Source of the DNA: Cytophagales bacterium Ga0077538
GTDB lineage: Bacteria; Bacteroidota; Bacteroidia; Cytophagales; Cyclobacteriaceae
Length of the DNA: 64,000 nucleotides
Reading direction: 5' to 3'
NCBI GenBank assembly: GCA_001464155.1
Contig: LNEN01000305.1
Span: 28,297-92,296 of the forward strand
In this document: positions 10,234 through 20,218 of the stretch, one piece after another
Position numbering within the stretch: the stretch's first letter is position 1
How the letters are laid out: each line of letters opens with the position of its first letter
The notes under the pieces: model-generated
What the model was told of the DNA's origin: nothing
What the model saw: the letters and a program-made list of their open reading frames with translations, nothing else
Databases searched by the model: none
Program-made: the position numbers and the translations under genes

Positions 10234-10572
10234 ATGAAAACAAGTAATTTAGCAAACGAAGCAATTAGACAATCAGATGTCGGCATGGTATGGGAAGAAA
10301 AACTCTCAGGAGCTGCTGGTACATTGGTTTTATTGCCATACCAGGCTTTCAGAGTCCGAGCAGCTGCTGGTGGAACAGTCACTATTGACGGTGTTCTTGC
10401 AGCAACTATGGTTTCTGGCGAAATCCTTATTTTTAATGCTGGTGGCGGTCTTCCAACACAAACTGATGCTGGTACAACAGGCGTGGTTACTAAACAAGCT
10501 CCACAAGTAACTGTTGTAATTACTGGTAATCAATTCGTTCAAGTCGCAAGAGACGCAAACCGTAGAATCTAA
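10234..10572 (+). CDS. Putative virion protein
   Basis: Beta-rich G/A/T/V composition, SD AGGAG, own TATAAT promoter. Confidence 0.5.
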   Translation: MKTSNLANEAIRQSDVGMVWEEKLSGAAGTLVLLPYQAFRVRAAAGGTVTIDGVLAATMVSGEILIFNAGGGLPTQTDAGTTGVVTKQAPQVTVVITGNQFVQVARDANRRI

Positions 10573-10581
10573 GGAGTTAAC

Positions 10582-11715
10582 ATGGAACTGAAAGGTTTCA
10601 GGGAGTTACTTCTTAAAAAAGCGGCTAACGACCCTACATTACAGACATTGATTGACGTCATGAAAGACGAGATCATTGCTGAGAAGGTTTTAGAATCTCT
10701 CGAAAAAATGGCTCGCCCACAGGCTTCTATGGGTCGAAGTGCAAACGCAGGTGTTACTGCGTTTGGAAATCAAATGAAAAACAAAGACGTAGAGATGATG
10801 CGTGATGCTTTAGCTCACCACGTTAATCACTATCGTGCTGCATTAAAAAGCGGTAAACGCGATGTTGCAGATCAACATCTAAATAAAATCATTCCTATGA
10901 TGCACTTAGCTGCAAGAGCTGGTGCACATTCAAATGGTCAATTAGGGCTAGACTATGTTCCTCTTGAGCCATGGGAAACAAATTACACATCAACTGAGCG
11001 TCGCCCAGAAACAGGTAAACTTAAAGAAGGAACTAAGGGTCTTCGTCGTCGCTTAAATAGCGCAAGTCGAGATAAAAATCCTCGTTCCGTTCCAGATTAC
11101 CGTTATCTAGAAATGGCGCCTCACGAAGAGCATGCTGATAGTAAAAAGTCATCTCATAAAGGTGGATATCCATTTGAAGAAATTCAATTAGGTAATCCAG
11201 CAAAAATTGATGCTAAAGAAGCATATTTGCATCTTCATGATGTTGAACCACAAGATAAATTTACACCTCATCCATTTGATGAACATCCAATTCATGAAGT
11301 GGGAGAGCATAAACAGGACTCTATGACTCCTGAGCAAATGGAAGATTTTGCGACTAAAATGCAAGGATGGCATGGATCAGAACATAATGCAAAATGGATG
11401 CAAAGCGTGAAAGAACTTCATGCTAAAGATCCTGAAGCATTTAAAGTTCGTGGTAAGACAAAAGCCCCACATCATTTTGAAGGTATTGATTTATTACAAC
11501 AACCTCATGCTCAAAAAGCTGGAGTTGATGTGTCTGCTTTACCTCCAGAGCTTGCTGCTAAATTTGGAAATAAGCCTGCGGCTGCACCAGCACAAACTGC
11601 TGCACCTGCGCCTGCTCAACCAGAAGTTGCTCCTGCAAAACCTGCAGCAGCACTTCCACAAGAACATCTTGCTAACCTTCCTCCAGCACTACGTGCTAAG
11701 TTTGGCGGTAAGTAA
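10582..11715 (+). CDS. Hypothetical protein, possible internal head protein
   Basis: Long ORF, N-terminal LKKA motif, low-complexity P/A tail. Confidence 0.5.
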   Translation: MELKGFRELLLKKAANDPTLQTLIDVMKDEIIAEKVLESLEKMARPQASMGRSANAGVTAFGNQMKNKDVEMMRDALAHHVNHYRAALKSGKRDVADQHLNKIIPMMHLAARAGAHSNGQLGLDYVPLEPWETNYTSTERRPETGKLKEGTKGLRRRLNSASRDKNPRSVPDYRYLEMAPHEEHADSKKSSHKGGYPFEEIQLGNPAKIDAKEAYLHLHDVEPQDKFTPHPFDEHPIHEVGEHKQDSMTPEQMEDFATKMQGWHGSEHNAKWMQSVKELHAKDPEAFKVRGKTKAPHHFEGIDLLQQPHAQKAGVDVSALPPELAAKFGNKPAAAPAQTAAPAPAQPEVAPAKPAAALPQEHLANLPPALRAKFGGK

Positions 11716-13295
11716 TGTCTAAAATTGATTTATTAATGCAAAAATTAAAAGTTGCAAAAGAAGAGCTTGAAAAAGCTCGTCCAAAAATGTCTGATGAATA
11801 TGATCCAAATGATATGGATGATAATGATTCTGTTGACCCTGATTTAGAAGGTCTTCGTGAATTTGATCCAGACGATGAAGAGTCGGCAGGAGCTGACTGG
11901 TTAAAAGAAAATGACCCAGAAGCGAAAGCTCAAGGAGGAGACGAATATGAAGAGTACGATGATGACGAAGATCCAGATGCACATCAAAGATCTATTGAAG
12001 AAGATCTCGGAGATGATAACTCAGAGTCTGAATTGGTTGAACCAGAAGCCGGAAGCACCCAAGCTGCCAGAGAAGGTAACGCCAATATCAGAGGGCAAAA
12101 AGATCCGCAAGAAAAAGCATTATTACAAAAACCACAAGCCTCGCAAGAAGTAAGTGGCAAGAAGAGTCGTTGGAATCAGCCAAGCCGTGATGAACTCATG
12201 TCTTTGCGCCAATACACTCGTCCTTGGGAGCAACGTGCTCGTGAAGCACAAGCTTTAAAAGCCGATCCAACTAAGAACCCAGAACTAGCTAGACACGGAA
12301 ATATTATCGAAGCTAGAAATCAGGCTCATGGTGATAGGAATTCTGCATATCGTCAATTTGCAAACTCAGACGAATATAAAAATGCAGATCCAATCACACA
12401 GATGGAAATGGATGATAATTTTGAAAAAGAATGGCATGCTAAGAATCCAGAGCATTTAAAGAATGCTCTAGGTGCTCATAGCGAAGCTCATACTAAAGGT
12501 AAAAGCGCAAAAGACTTGCATGCAGCAGCTAAAGATGCACAGATTAAGAATATTATTTCTGGTGGCGGACATGGCGGCGAAGGATATTCTCTTGAAGAGG
12601 GTATGCAACATGCTGGCGGTACCAAAGGTGAAGAAGGAACTCAAGCAACTGTGAAGCAGGATCCTGCTTCTAGTTTTGCTATGGGCAATCAAGACTTCAT
12701 TAATCAGTATGCAAAAGATTATGCCAACAAGGGTAAAAAAGTTGGCAACATCGATGAGATGCACCACTATGACGAAGGTTCTAAACGAGACATAGCTCGC
12801 ATCCTTGGTGAAGGTCCAAATAAAGATCCAAAATTTGAAAAGTTTTTCGAACACTATCATCCATTAATTGGTATGAATGCTCATAAAACTTTAAACCGTT
12901 TAGGACTTGATCCTAAGAGTCCCGATATTGATATGAGCATGTTGCATGAAGCTGGAATGCATGGTTTAATTCAAGCAATGAATGATTATGACCATGAGAA
13001 CCCTTCAAAGGCAAGTTTTGCTACTCATGCTGCAAATAAAATCCGTGGATTACAAATGACGGCAATGAAGAATCAAGATGCGATTCCAACTGAAGTTCGT
13101 CAAGCTCAAAAGAAATTTGCATCTAAGGCATCAATGCCTAAACCAGATATTAAACAAGTTATTGGAGCACATCCAAAGGCACCTGAGATTCATGATCGAT
13201 TGGCGCGCGTTGGTGCAGCTCGTGGCGCAGTAAAGATTCGCAAAGCGTCAGCACCAAAACCTGGTGGAACTAGCGGAACAGGCGGAGGAATTTAA
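11715..13295 (+). CDS. Acidic protein with FliA/WhiG-like sigma region 2 domain, no region 4
   Basis: YHPLI...LHEAGMHGLIQAMNDYD...ASFATHAANKIRG...QDAIPTEVR aligns by eye with sigma-28 region 2. Confidence 0.65.
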   Translation: MSKIDLLMQKLKVAKEELEKARPKMSDEYDPNDMDDNDSVDPDLEGLREFDPDDEESAGADWLKENDPEAKAQGGDEYEEYDDDEDPDAHQRSIEEDLGDDNSESELVEPEAGSTQAAREGNANIRGQKDPQEKALLQKPQASQEVSGKKSRWNQPSRDELMSLRQYTRPWEQRAREAQALKADPTKNPELARHGNIIEARNQAHGDRNSAYRQFANSDEYKNADPITQMEMDDNFEKEWHAKNPEHLKNALGAHSEAHTKGKSAKDLHAAAKDAQIKNIISGGGHGGEGYSLEEGMQHAGGTKGEEGTQATVKQDPASSFAMGNQDFINQYAKDYANKGKKVGNIDEMHHYDEGSKRDIARILGEGPNKDPKFEKFFEHYHPLIGMNAHKTLNRLGLDPKSPDIDMSMLHEAGMHGLIQAMNDYDHENPSKASFATHAANKIRGLQMTAMKNQDAIPTEVRQAQKKFASKASMPKPDIKQVIGAHPKAPEIHDRLARVGAARGAVKIRKASAPKPGGTSGTGGGI

Positions 13296-14131
13296 TGCCT
13301 ATTAGTAAGACAACTACACAAGCTGCGTTCCCTTATCTAAACGTTGATCAAGAAGGAACACCAAACAGATACATGAATCTTCCTACTCCTGCTGGTATGA
13401 GATCAACTGTATTATTTGGTCTTCCACTTCGTTCATTCTTAACTGGTGAAGAAGTTACTGATGCAGCTATTCAGCATTATATTGATGAAGCTATTTCAGA
13501 AATTGAACATACACTCGATCTATATATTACGCCTGTAACTTTTAGAGAACGTCATGACTATAGTGCACATCAACAATTTTGGAGTCGCGGTTATATTAAA
13601 GTTAATCATGGCCCAATCTTAGATGTGTCTAAGTTTCAATTATCATTTAACAATGGAAATATTGGCCCTGGATCTTTTCCACTAATTGATATTCCACTAG
13701 AGTATATTCATACGCAACCGCAAGAACAAACAATGCAAATAGTTCCTGCAACTGGGGTTACTGTTTCTGGGTTTATTGCTTCTATTTACTCTGGTCTAGC
13801 TTTCCATGCTATGGGTTCTTCAGGAGTTAGCAACTGGCCTGGAGCAATCCAAGTAGAATATAGAGCAGGATTTGAGACTGGCAAAGTTCCTGCGTTGTTA
13901 GTTGGTCTTATTGAAAATATGGCAGCATTTAAGTTGCTATCAATAATGGGTCCAATTTTATTTCCGCATAATGGGGTATCGATCAGTATCGATGGTACTT
14001 CACAAAGCACTTCAACGCTTGGTCCTGGTTTCTTGCAAAATCGTTTAAAAGATCTAAACGATATGATCGAGAAACAAATGGATGCAGCAAAAGGGTACTA
14101 TCAGAAGCGATTCTTGATAGATTACATTTAA
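13295..14131 (+). CDS. Head-tail connector/neck protein
   Basis: IDEAISEIEHTL, VEYRAGF...VPALL, SISIDG.SQS motifs of myovirus head-completion proteins. Confidence 0.7.
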   Translation: MPISKTTTQAAFPYLNVDQEGTPNRYMNLPTPAGMRSTVLFGLPLRSFLTGEEVTDAAIQHYIDEAISEIEHTLDLYITPVTFRERHDYSAHQQFWSRGYIKVNHGPILDVSKFQLSFNNGNIGPGSFPLIDIPLEYIHTQPQEQTMQIVPATGVTVSGFIASIYSGLAFHAMGSSGVSNWPGAIQVEYRAGFETGKVPALLVGLIENMAAFKLLSIMGPILFPHNGVSISIDGTSQSTSTLGPGFLQNRLKDLNDMIEKQMDAAKGYYQKRFLIDYI

Positions 14132-14140
14132 GGGGTAATA

Positions 14141-15364
14141 ATGAAAGACAATAAGATGTTAGAAGTTACACCTGATGGCAAACAAGAAATTGTTGAAGGA
14201 AAAGAACCTCTGAAAAAAGATCCAAAGAAAAAGACTTTGAAAGAAAAGTGGAATGAACTTAAAAAAGGTTTAGATTCTTCTAAAGCTATTATGGATATTG
14301 CTGCAGCTCAACAAGCTGAAGAGCAACCAGAAGAACAAATGATGCAAGATCAAGGTGATGAAGTTGATGCTTCTGAGGGGGATTCAGAAATGGAAACTCC
14401 AGAAGACGCAGAAATGACTGAAGAACAACCTGAAGGTGATGATTTTGAAGGGGAAGATTACGATCAATCGGATGAAAATTCTCAACCAGAAATGGAAGAA
14501 GAAGAGTCCGAAGAATCTGGTGCTAACGACCACTTAGATCCTGAAGCAGGAGATGACGATGGCGAAGAAGCCGTGCAAGAGATGCCCGTGGATGAAATGT
14601 CAGAATTGTCCGATGAAGACGACGGAGCCGATGCCGGAGCCGACGACGAAGCCGGAGAAGCCGACGGAGATCCAGACGCTGACGAAAAAATAAAACAAGC
14701 TTTAACTGACGAAGGATATTCTGAGCCAGAAATTGCTTATATTCTTCATGGTCATCATTCTCCTACATACGATGAAGGTAAAGAAGCTAAAGCTCATGCT
14801 ACGTATGCTATGTCAGATGTTGATGTTGATTCTGCTAGAAAGCAAAATGAAGCTGACTTACAGATGAAATTAAAAGCTCAAGACTTGGAGCATCAGCACG
14901 CTATGCGTATGAAGGATTTAGAGTTCCAACATGCACAAATGCAATCTCCCGATCCTGAGACTGAAAAGAATCATAAAAAGCGAATGCTTGATCTTGAGTA
15001 TGAAAATGCTAAAGCTCAATCACCTGATGGTTCTGACAAAGAGCATCAAAAACGAATGATGGATCTTGAATTTGAGAATGCTCGTGCTAACTCAGCAGAC
15101 CCTGAGATTCAAAAGCAAATGGCTCAAATGGATCTTGAATTACGCAAACTTGAAGTTGAGCAGCGTAAGCAAGAGATTAAAATGGAGCTTGAGTATAAGA
15201 AAAAAGAGATGGATCTTAAGTTGAAACATTCTGAAGCTATGGCGCAAAAGAAGCTTAAAGAAAAGCTTGCTGAAAAGCCAGCACCTAAAGCTCCTGCAAA
15301 GAAACTTAAGAAATCTAATGAAGAAGAAATTACATTAGAAGAGGAAACTGATGAGCAAGATTAA
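14141..15364 (+). CDS. Acidic low-complexity protein with three HxxRMxDLExxxA repeats
   Basis: ORF, D/E-rich, tandem repeats, coiled-coil tail. Confidence 0.6.
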   Translation: MKDNKMLEVTPDGKQEIVEGKEPLKKDPKKKTLKEKWNELKKGLDSSKAIMDIAAAQQAEEQPEEQMMQDQGDEVDASEGDSEMETPEDAEMTEEQPEGDDFEGEDYDQSDENSQPEMEEEESEESGANDHLDPEAGDDDGEEAVQEMPVDEMSELSDEDDGADAGADDEAGEADGDPDADEKIKQALTDEGYSEPEIAYILHGHHSPTYDEGKEAKAHATYAMSDVDVDSARKQNEADLQMKLKAQDLEHQHAMRMKDLEFQHAQMQSPDPETEKNHKKRMLDLEYENAKAQSPDGSDKEHQKRMMDLEFENARANSADPEIQKQMAQMDLELRKLEVEQRKQEIKMELEYKKKEMDLKLKHSEAMAQKKLKEKLAEKPAPKAPAKKLKKSNEEEITLEEETDEQD

Positions 15365-16562
15365 GTTTAAACAAATTAATAATAATGAAGTTTCTGTTAC
15401 ATTAGACAGCAATATTCCATTAGATATGGTTGAACAGTTAACAAAAAGTCTTGAAGCTAAAGGCATGATTGAAGATAAAGCCTCTAGTTCAGTGACTTGT
15501 CGTTATTTCTATAAGCCTCAATCTGCAAATAATGTTGCAGATGAGCTTATTAAATCACTTCAATCTTTGACTAAAGGTATTGATCCAAGCGATTTATCTA
15601 ATCCTTATAGCAAAGCATCACAAGCTGCAAATAGAGAAAAGAATAGAATTAATGATAGACGAGCGCAAACTGGCTCTCCTCCACTTAATGAATCTCAAAT
15701 AGCTGCTGCAAAAGTACCTAAAGCACCAGCGGCACCTGCAGCTCCAACAACTCCAAGTACTCCCGCTTCTGAAAATTCAGGGCCACGTGTTCTTACTGGT
15801 GGACCCAATAAATTAGTAAATACTTATAGTAGTCAATCTATGAGTTACAAAAAATCTGAAGATGGCGATGATTGTGAGTGTTCACAAGAAGATTGTGAAA
15901 AATGTATAGCTAAATCTAATTATGGACCTAAAGGTTCGGGACAATATAGTGCTACAGATAATGCTCGCCGTAAAGCTAATAACACTGGAGATCAAACTGG
16001 ATTTGGTCAAAATGTTAATACAAAGCAATACACATCGGCTAAGTTTGGAAATTCCACTCCACAAACAGATCCTAAATTAAAACGCCCTCAACCTGTTAAG
16101 TCTCTTAAAGATGGAACACTAAATCCTAGTGTAGCAGAAGCAATTAAAGCTAAAGCAAATCTTAAAAAGGGGTGGGGCCAGCACCTACCATTTCCAAGTG
16201 CTGAAGAAGAAATTATGAAACTTGCTAAAAGAGCTCCTCAAAGCGGAGAAGATGCTTCAGCTAATCAATTAGCAGCATTAATGGCAGGTAAGAATTTATT
16301 AGGAAATAATGTTCATCCGGCAGTTAAAGCTATGATGGCCCCGCCACCCCCACAACCAACCGATGAACAAATGTTTGGTCATTTAGTTGTTTCTGAGGAA
16401 ATGGCTAAAGCTAAAGAAAATGAATGGTCTAGTCAACTTAATAACTTCTTTGCAGAAGCAAGTAAACCTATTAGTCAACGATTTTCTTCTGAAGAAGAAG
16501 AACTTGCTTATTGGGCTAGCATTAAAGTTGAAGATCGTGATGATGGCAAATCAGGGTACTAA
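15351..16562 (+). CDS. Hypothetical protein, possible internal head protein
   Basis: Long ORF with several xxK-S/G motifs. Confidence 0.55.
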   Translation: MSKIKFKQINNNEVSVTLDSNIPLDMVEQLTKSLEAKGMIEDKASSSVTCRYFYKPQSANNVADELIKSLQSLTKGIDPSDLSNPYSKASQAANREKNRINDRRAQTGSPPLNESQIAAAKVPKAPAAPAAPTTPSTPASENSGPRVLTGGPNKLVNTYSSQSMSYKKSEDGDDCECSQEDCEKCIAKSNYGPKGSGQYSATDNARRKANNTGDQTGFGQNVNTKQYTSAKFGNSTPQTDPKLKRPQPVKSLKDGTLNPSVAEAIKAKANLKKGWGQHLPFPSAEEEIMKLAKRAPQSGEDASANQLAALMAGKNLLGNNVHPAVKAMMAPPPPQPTDEQMFGHLVVSEEMAKAKENEWSSQLNNFFAEASKPISQRFSSEEEELAYWASIKVEDRDDGKSGY

Positions 16563-16630
16563 CCTGATATAATAGAGTTGTTATTAAGAGTCTCTGAAGG
16601 GTCAGAGATGCTTGGTTGGGTAAGGAAATT

Positions 16631-17188
16631 ATGTTAGAGAAACGCTTCATCGCGGTGCCTCCACAGCTATTTTTAGCTAATGGAACTACTAGTGGTGTAT
16701 TAAAAGTTGTATATTCTGGCTTCTTCAAAGTGAAGCAACAGATTATTATTAAGTCTAACACTCAAGGTCCTACCACCGATTTAGAAATCAAAAGAATCAC
16801 AGACGTTAATACTATTGAAGTTGGCCCAAAAGGCAAGATTGATGCAAGAGCCGATCTTTCTTTATTTACTGTAGCCGATGGTGCTGCTATATTTGCCAAT
16901 GAACAGCATCGTCCACTCATTCCTCAAGAAGAAATTGTTAGGGCTGTTTATGAAGAAGAGCCTGTAGTTGCATATAGAGTTATTGGTGTTGACCAAAGCG
17001 GTAATACAGTTAACTGGTCAGAAGATGGCCTAGTTACATCTGAGTTTGATGATGTTATTCTTACTCGTGACTTAGATGAGGATATTACTGAGGCACAATT
17101 CTTTTTGCGAGGTTCAGAAGTGAGGGACTTAGAACTTTCGTATAATCTAGCTAAATCTCTTATTAGAGTAAGAAAGGTTGGTCCTTAA
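16631..17188 (+). CDS. Putative virion/tail-associated protein
   Basis: SD TAAGGA before ATG 16631; promoter TGA-TATAAT at about 16565-16573. Confidence 0.5.
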   Translation: MLEKRFIAVPPQLFLANGTTSGVLKVVYSGFFKVKQQIIIKSNTQGPTTDLEIKRITDVNTIEVGPKGKIDARADLSLFTVADGAAIFANEQHRPLIPQEEIVRAVYEEEPVVAYRVIGVDQSGNTVNWSEDGLVTSEFDDVILTRDLDEDITEAQFFLRGSEVRDLELSYNLAKSLIRVRKVGP

Positions 17189-17418
17189 TGTCAGTATTTG
17201 ATAAAACAGTAAAAGACAAAGAGACCATCTTGTTTAATCCCATTACAGGGAAATTAGACATGGCGTTAAAGTTTAATCCAGATCGTATCGTTACAAATGA
17301 ACGAAACGCAGCTGGCACATTATTAATGACCTATGATCCTGCTAGTCAGACTCATATACTTTCTGATCCTGCTATAGTGGTTGATAATAACGGCAACGTT
17401 GTGGTGGTAGGTAATTAA
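17188..17418 (+). CDS. Small hypothetical virion protein
   Basis: Coupled ORF (TAATG); FNPITGKLD motif. Confidence 0.5.
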   Translation: MSVFDKTVKDKETILFNPITGKLDMALKFNPDRIVTNERNAAGTLLMTYDPASQTHILSDPAIVVDNNGNVVVVGN

Positions 17419-18380
17419 TGGCTTTACATAAGAATCTAAGAGGCTTAGACCTTCATGCACCATCAAATGAGCTTGTTGAGAATAACACAGGTTCTACACT
17501 TACTAAACTTAAAGTTGTTCGCTTAAATGGCATGGGTACAGTGTATCCACAAGTTGAGTTATCGGCCCCAGAATCTTTTTCTAATTTTGGTATTGTAGCG
17601 TTCGATATTGCTCCAGGAAAAATTGGATATGTGACTTGTTTTGGTTTTCTATTTGAAATAGATACTTCTGCATGGACTGTTGGTACAGAGCTTTATTCAG
17701 ATGCTTCTGGTAATTTAACTACAATCGCTCTTGGTGGTATAGTTGCCACTGTTATTAGGCAAGACGCTAATTTTGGTGTGTTATATGTTACTTCTAATGC
17801 AAATAGTGATGCATTATTGACATCTTGGCGCTTAGATGGTAATAATGGCTTAAATGATGCTGTTAATTTTCTTGGTACAGTTGATTTTCATGATTTGCGT
17901 ATTCGCACTAATAACCTATTTAGAGCAGTAATTGATAAGAATGGTCGCTTTGGATTAGGTCCAGATATTGTAGCGCCTGCAAATCATTTTCATCAAAAAT
18001 CTCATACAGGTTTTAGTGGATCTGGACTTCGTCAAGAGACATATTCATTGTCTACAAATAGTACGGCTAATGAAGTCGCCTTCACAGTTCCTATTGATCA
18101 GAACTCAACTGCAAAAATTGAGTTTCACGCTGTAGCTAGGGTTTCAGATGGCTCTGCTAGAGCAGCTTTTAAGCGAATAGGTCTTTTTTATAGAGAATCA
18201 AGTAATGTTCAGATTCAGCGTTCTTGGCAAACAGAATTTACAGAAAAATCAACTCCAGGTTTCGATGTTAGTTATAGTATGGGTGTTAATGAGGTTACAA
18301 TGTTTGTAAAGTCATCTACAGTTACTGGAACTTATTGGACTGGGCATGTTAAGATAGAAGCAGTAAAGACGGATATATAA
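17418..18380 (+). CDS. Tail fibre/spike-like protein
   Basis: IDTSAWTVGTELY, W..DGN..., FLGT.D..DLRIRTNN..R..ID.NG.FGLG fibre motifs. Confidence 0.65.
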   Translation: MALHKNLRGLDLHAPSNELVENNTGSTLTKLKVVRLNGMGTVYPQVELSAPESFSNFGIVAFDIAPGKIGYVTCFGFLFEIDTSAWTVGTELYSDASGNLTTIALGGIVATVIRQDANFGVLYVTSNANSDALLTSWRLDGNNGLNDAVNFLGTVDFHDLRIRTNNLFRAVIDKNGRFGLGPDIVAPANHFHQKSHTGFSGSGLRQETYSLSTNSTANEVAFTVPIDQNSTAKIEFHAVARVSDGSARAAFKRIGLFYRESSNVQIQRSWQTEFTEKSTPGFDVSYSMGVNEVTMFVKSSTVTGTYWTGHVKIEAVKTDI

Positions 18381-18389
18381 GGAGCTATA

Positions 18390-20207
18390 ATGGCTAATAT
18401 TATTGGTAGATTAACAAATAATGAAGTGGAAATACTTCAAGTAGATGCGGCACCAGGCGCTGGTGGAGGTACATCTGCACCTATTGGAGCCATTGCAGCC
18501 TTTAATTCTGGTTCAGTTGGAACAGCTTATGTTAAAGTGAGTTCATTAGATACTGGATGGGATCAAATCAATACATCAGGTGTGTCAGGTGGCGTTTCTT
18601 CTGGTGTTGCTGGAAGAATTCCTGTTTACTTTGCTACAGGTAATGTAGTAGATGACGTATATGTTCAAAATTCACAAAACGTAATCCTCGCGCATACTAC
18701 TCATCCTTCGCGATCTGTAGCAATCACTTATACAGTGCCAAATCCTGGCAATGCCATTGCTACTGCTGATTTTGTTTTAACTGAAGGTAGCCAAATTATT
18801 AATGGTAATAAAACTTTTGGTAATGATATTATTATCAATGGTGCCTTAACTGTTAACGGCACATTAACAACTATTAACTCTACAGTAACTGAAATCTCAG
18901 ATCCTACAATATTACTTAATAATGGTGGTATTGCATCTTCTGGCGGTGGTTCAGGTATTGAAATCGAAGAAGCAAGTGTTGTTACTGCCTTCATGACCGT
19001 TGCCGCAGCTAGAAATGGTTGGTCTTTTAAAGCTCCAACAAACGCTAACACTGCTACACTTTTAACAACTTCTCTTGCAGCAAACAGAGGCTACACGTTA
19101 CCAGATCTTTCTGGTACCTTTGCTCTTGGTACTGGTATTGCAGGATCTGTTGCTTATTGGTCTGGTGCAAATCTTCTTAATGCTAATGCTAACTTTTTCT
19201 GGGATAATACAAACGGAAGATTAGGTATTGGAAATAGTGCACCTACAGTTCCACTTCATGTTACTGGCGCTGCTCGAATCACAAGTTTAGTTGGTCCTGC
19301 TCCTGTTCGCTCTGATACAAATGGTAATTTATCAAATGGAACAATATCTTTAACAGCTGCAACAGATGTTTCTGGTGTTCTTCCTATTGGAAATGGTGGT
19401 ACAAACTCTGGTGTTGCGCTTAATAATGCGCGCATTATGGTTTCTTCTGGTGGCGCAATTGTTGAAGCTTCTGCTTTAACTAATGGTCAATTATTAATTG
19501 GCTCTACATCAGCTGCACCTGTAGCTGCAAACATAACTCAAGCTGGAACTCTTGGTGTAGTTATTAGTAATGGTCCAGGTTCAATTACTCTTGATACTGT
19601 TCAAGATATTAGAACTTCTGCTTCACCTACATTTGTTACTGCAACTCTATCAGGCAGAACTACTGGTTCTGTATTGTTCGTTGGTGCAGCCTCTGTTATT
19701 CAACAAGATAATGCTAACTTTTTCTGGGATGATACTAATAACCGTTTAGGTATCGGAAATGCAACTCCTGCGCGTCAACTCGATGTCACTGGATCTTCTA
19801 TTTTTAGAGCTCCAATTAGATATGCTGATGCTGGTGCATCAAATGCAAATTGGGAACTTTTCCAAGCTCAAGTAACAACTACTAATTCTACTACAACAAC
19901 ATTGCAATCAATAACTGTACCGACAGATTCAGTTATGTTGCTTGTGGCAAGAATTGTGGGTAGACGAACTGGTGGTTCTGCTGGTTCTGCTGGCGACTCA
20001 AGCGTTTACATTCGTACTGCTCGATATAAAAATATTGGTGGAACAGTTACAATTAATAATTTACAATCTGATTACACTTCAGAGGATCAAAATTCTTGGA
20101 ATGGAACATTAGATGTAACTGGTACCACAGCAAGGATTCGTGTAACTGGTGCTGCAAATAATAACATCACTTGGACCACTACGTACGAAATCAAAACATT
20201 AAGTTAA
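18390..20207 (+). CDS. Long tail fibre protein
   Basis: G/T/S/N-rich; two NANFFWDxTNxRLGIG repeats; GVLPIGNGGT motif. Confidence 0.8.
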   Translation: MANIIGRLTNNEVEILQVDAAPGAGGGTSAPIGAIAAFNSGSVGTAYVKVSSLDTGWDQINTSGVSGGVSSGVAGRIPVYFATGNVVDDVYVQNSQNVILAHTTHPSRSVAITYTVPNPGNAIATADFVLTEGSQIINGNKTFGNDIIINGALTVNGTLTTINSTVTEISDPTILLNNGGIASSGGGSGIEIEEASVVTAFMTVAAARNGWSFKAPTNANTATLLTTSLAANRGYTLPDLSGTFALGTGIAGSVAYWSGANLLNANANFFWDNTNGRLGIGNSAPTVPLHVTGAARITSLVGPAPVRSDTNGNLSNGTISLTAATDVSGVLPIGNGGTNSGVALNNARIMVSSGGAIVEASALTNGQLLIGSTSAAPVAANITQAGTLGVVISNGPGSITLDTVQDIRTSASPTFVTATLSGRTTGSVLFVGAASVIQQDNANFFWDDTNNRLGIGNATPARQLDVTGSSIFRAPIRYADAGASNANWELFQAQVTTTNSTTTTLQSITVPTDSVMLLVARIVGRRTGGSAGSAGDSSVYIRTARYKNIGGTVTINNLQSDYTSEDQNSWNGTLDVTGTTARIRVTGAANNNITWTTTYEIKTLS

Positions 20208-20218
20208 AGTAGGAATTA

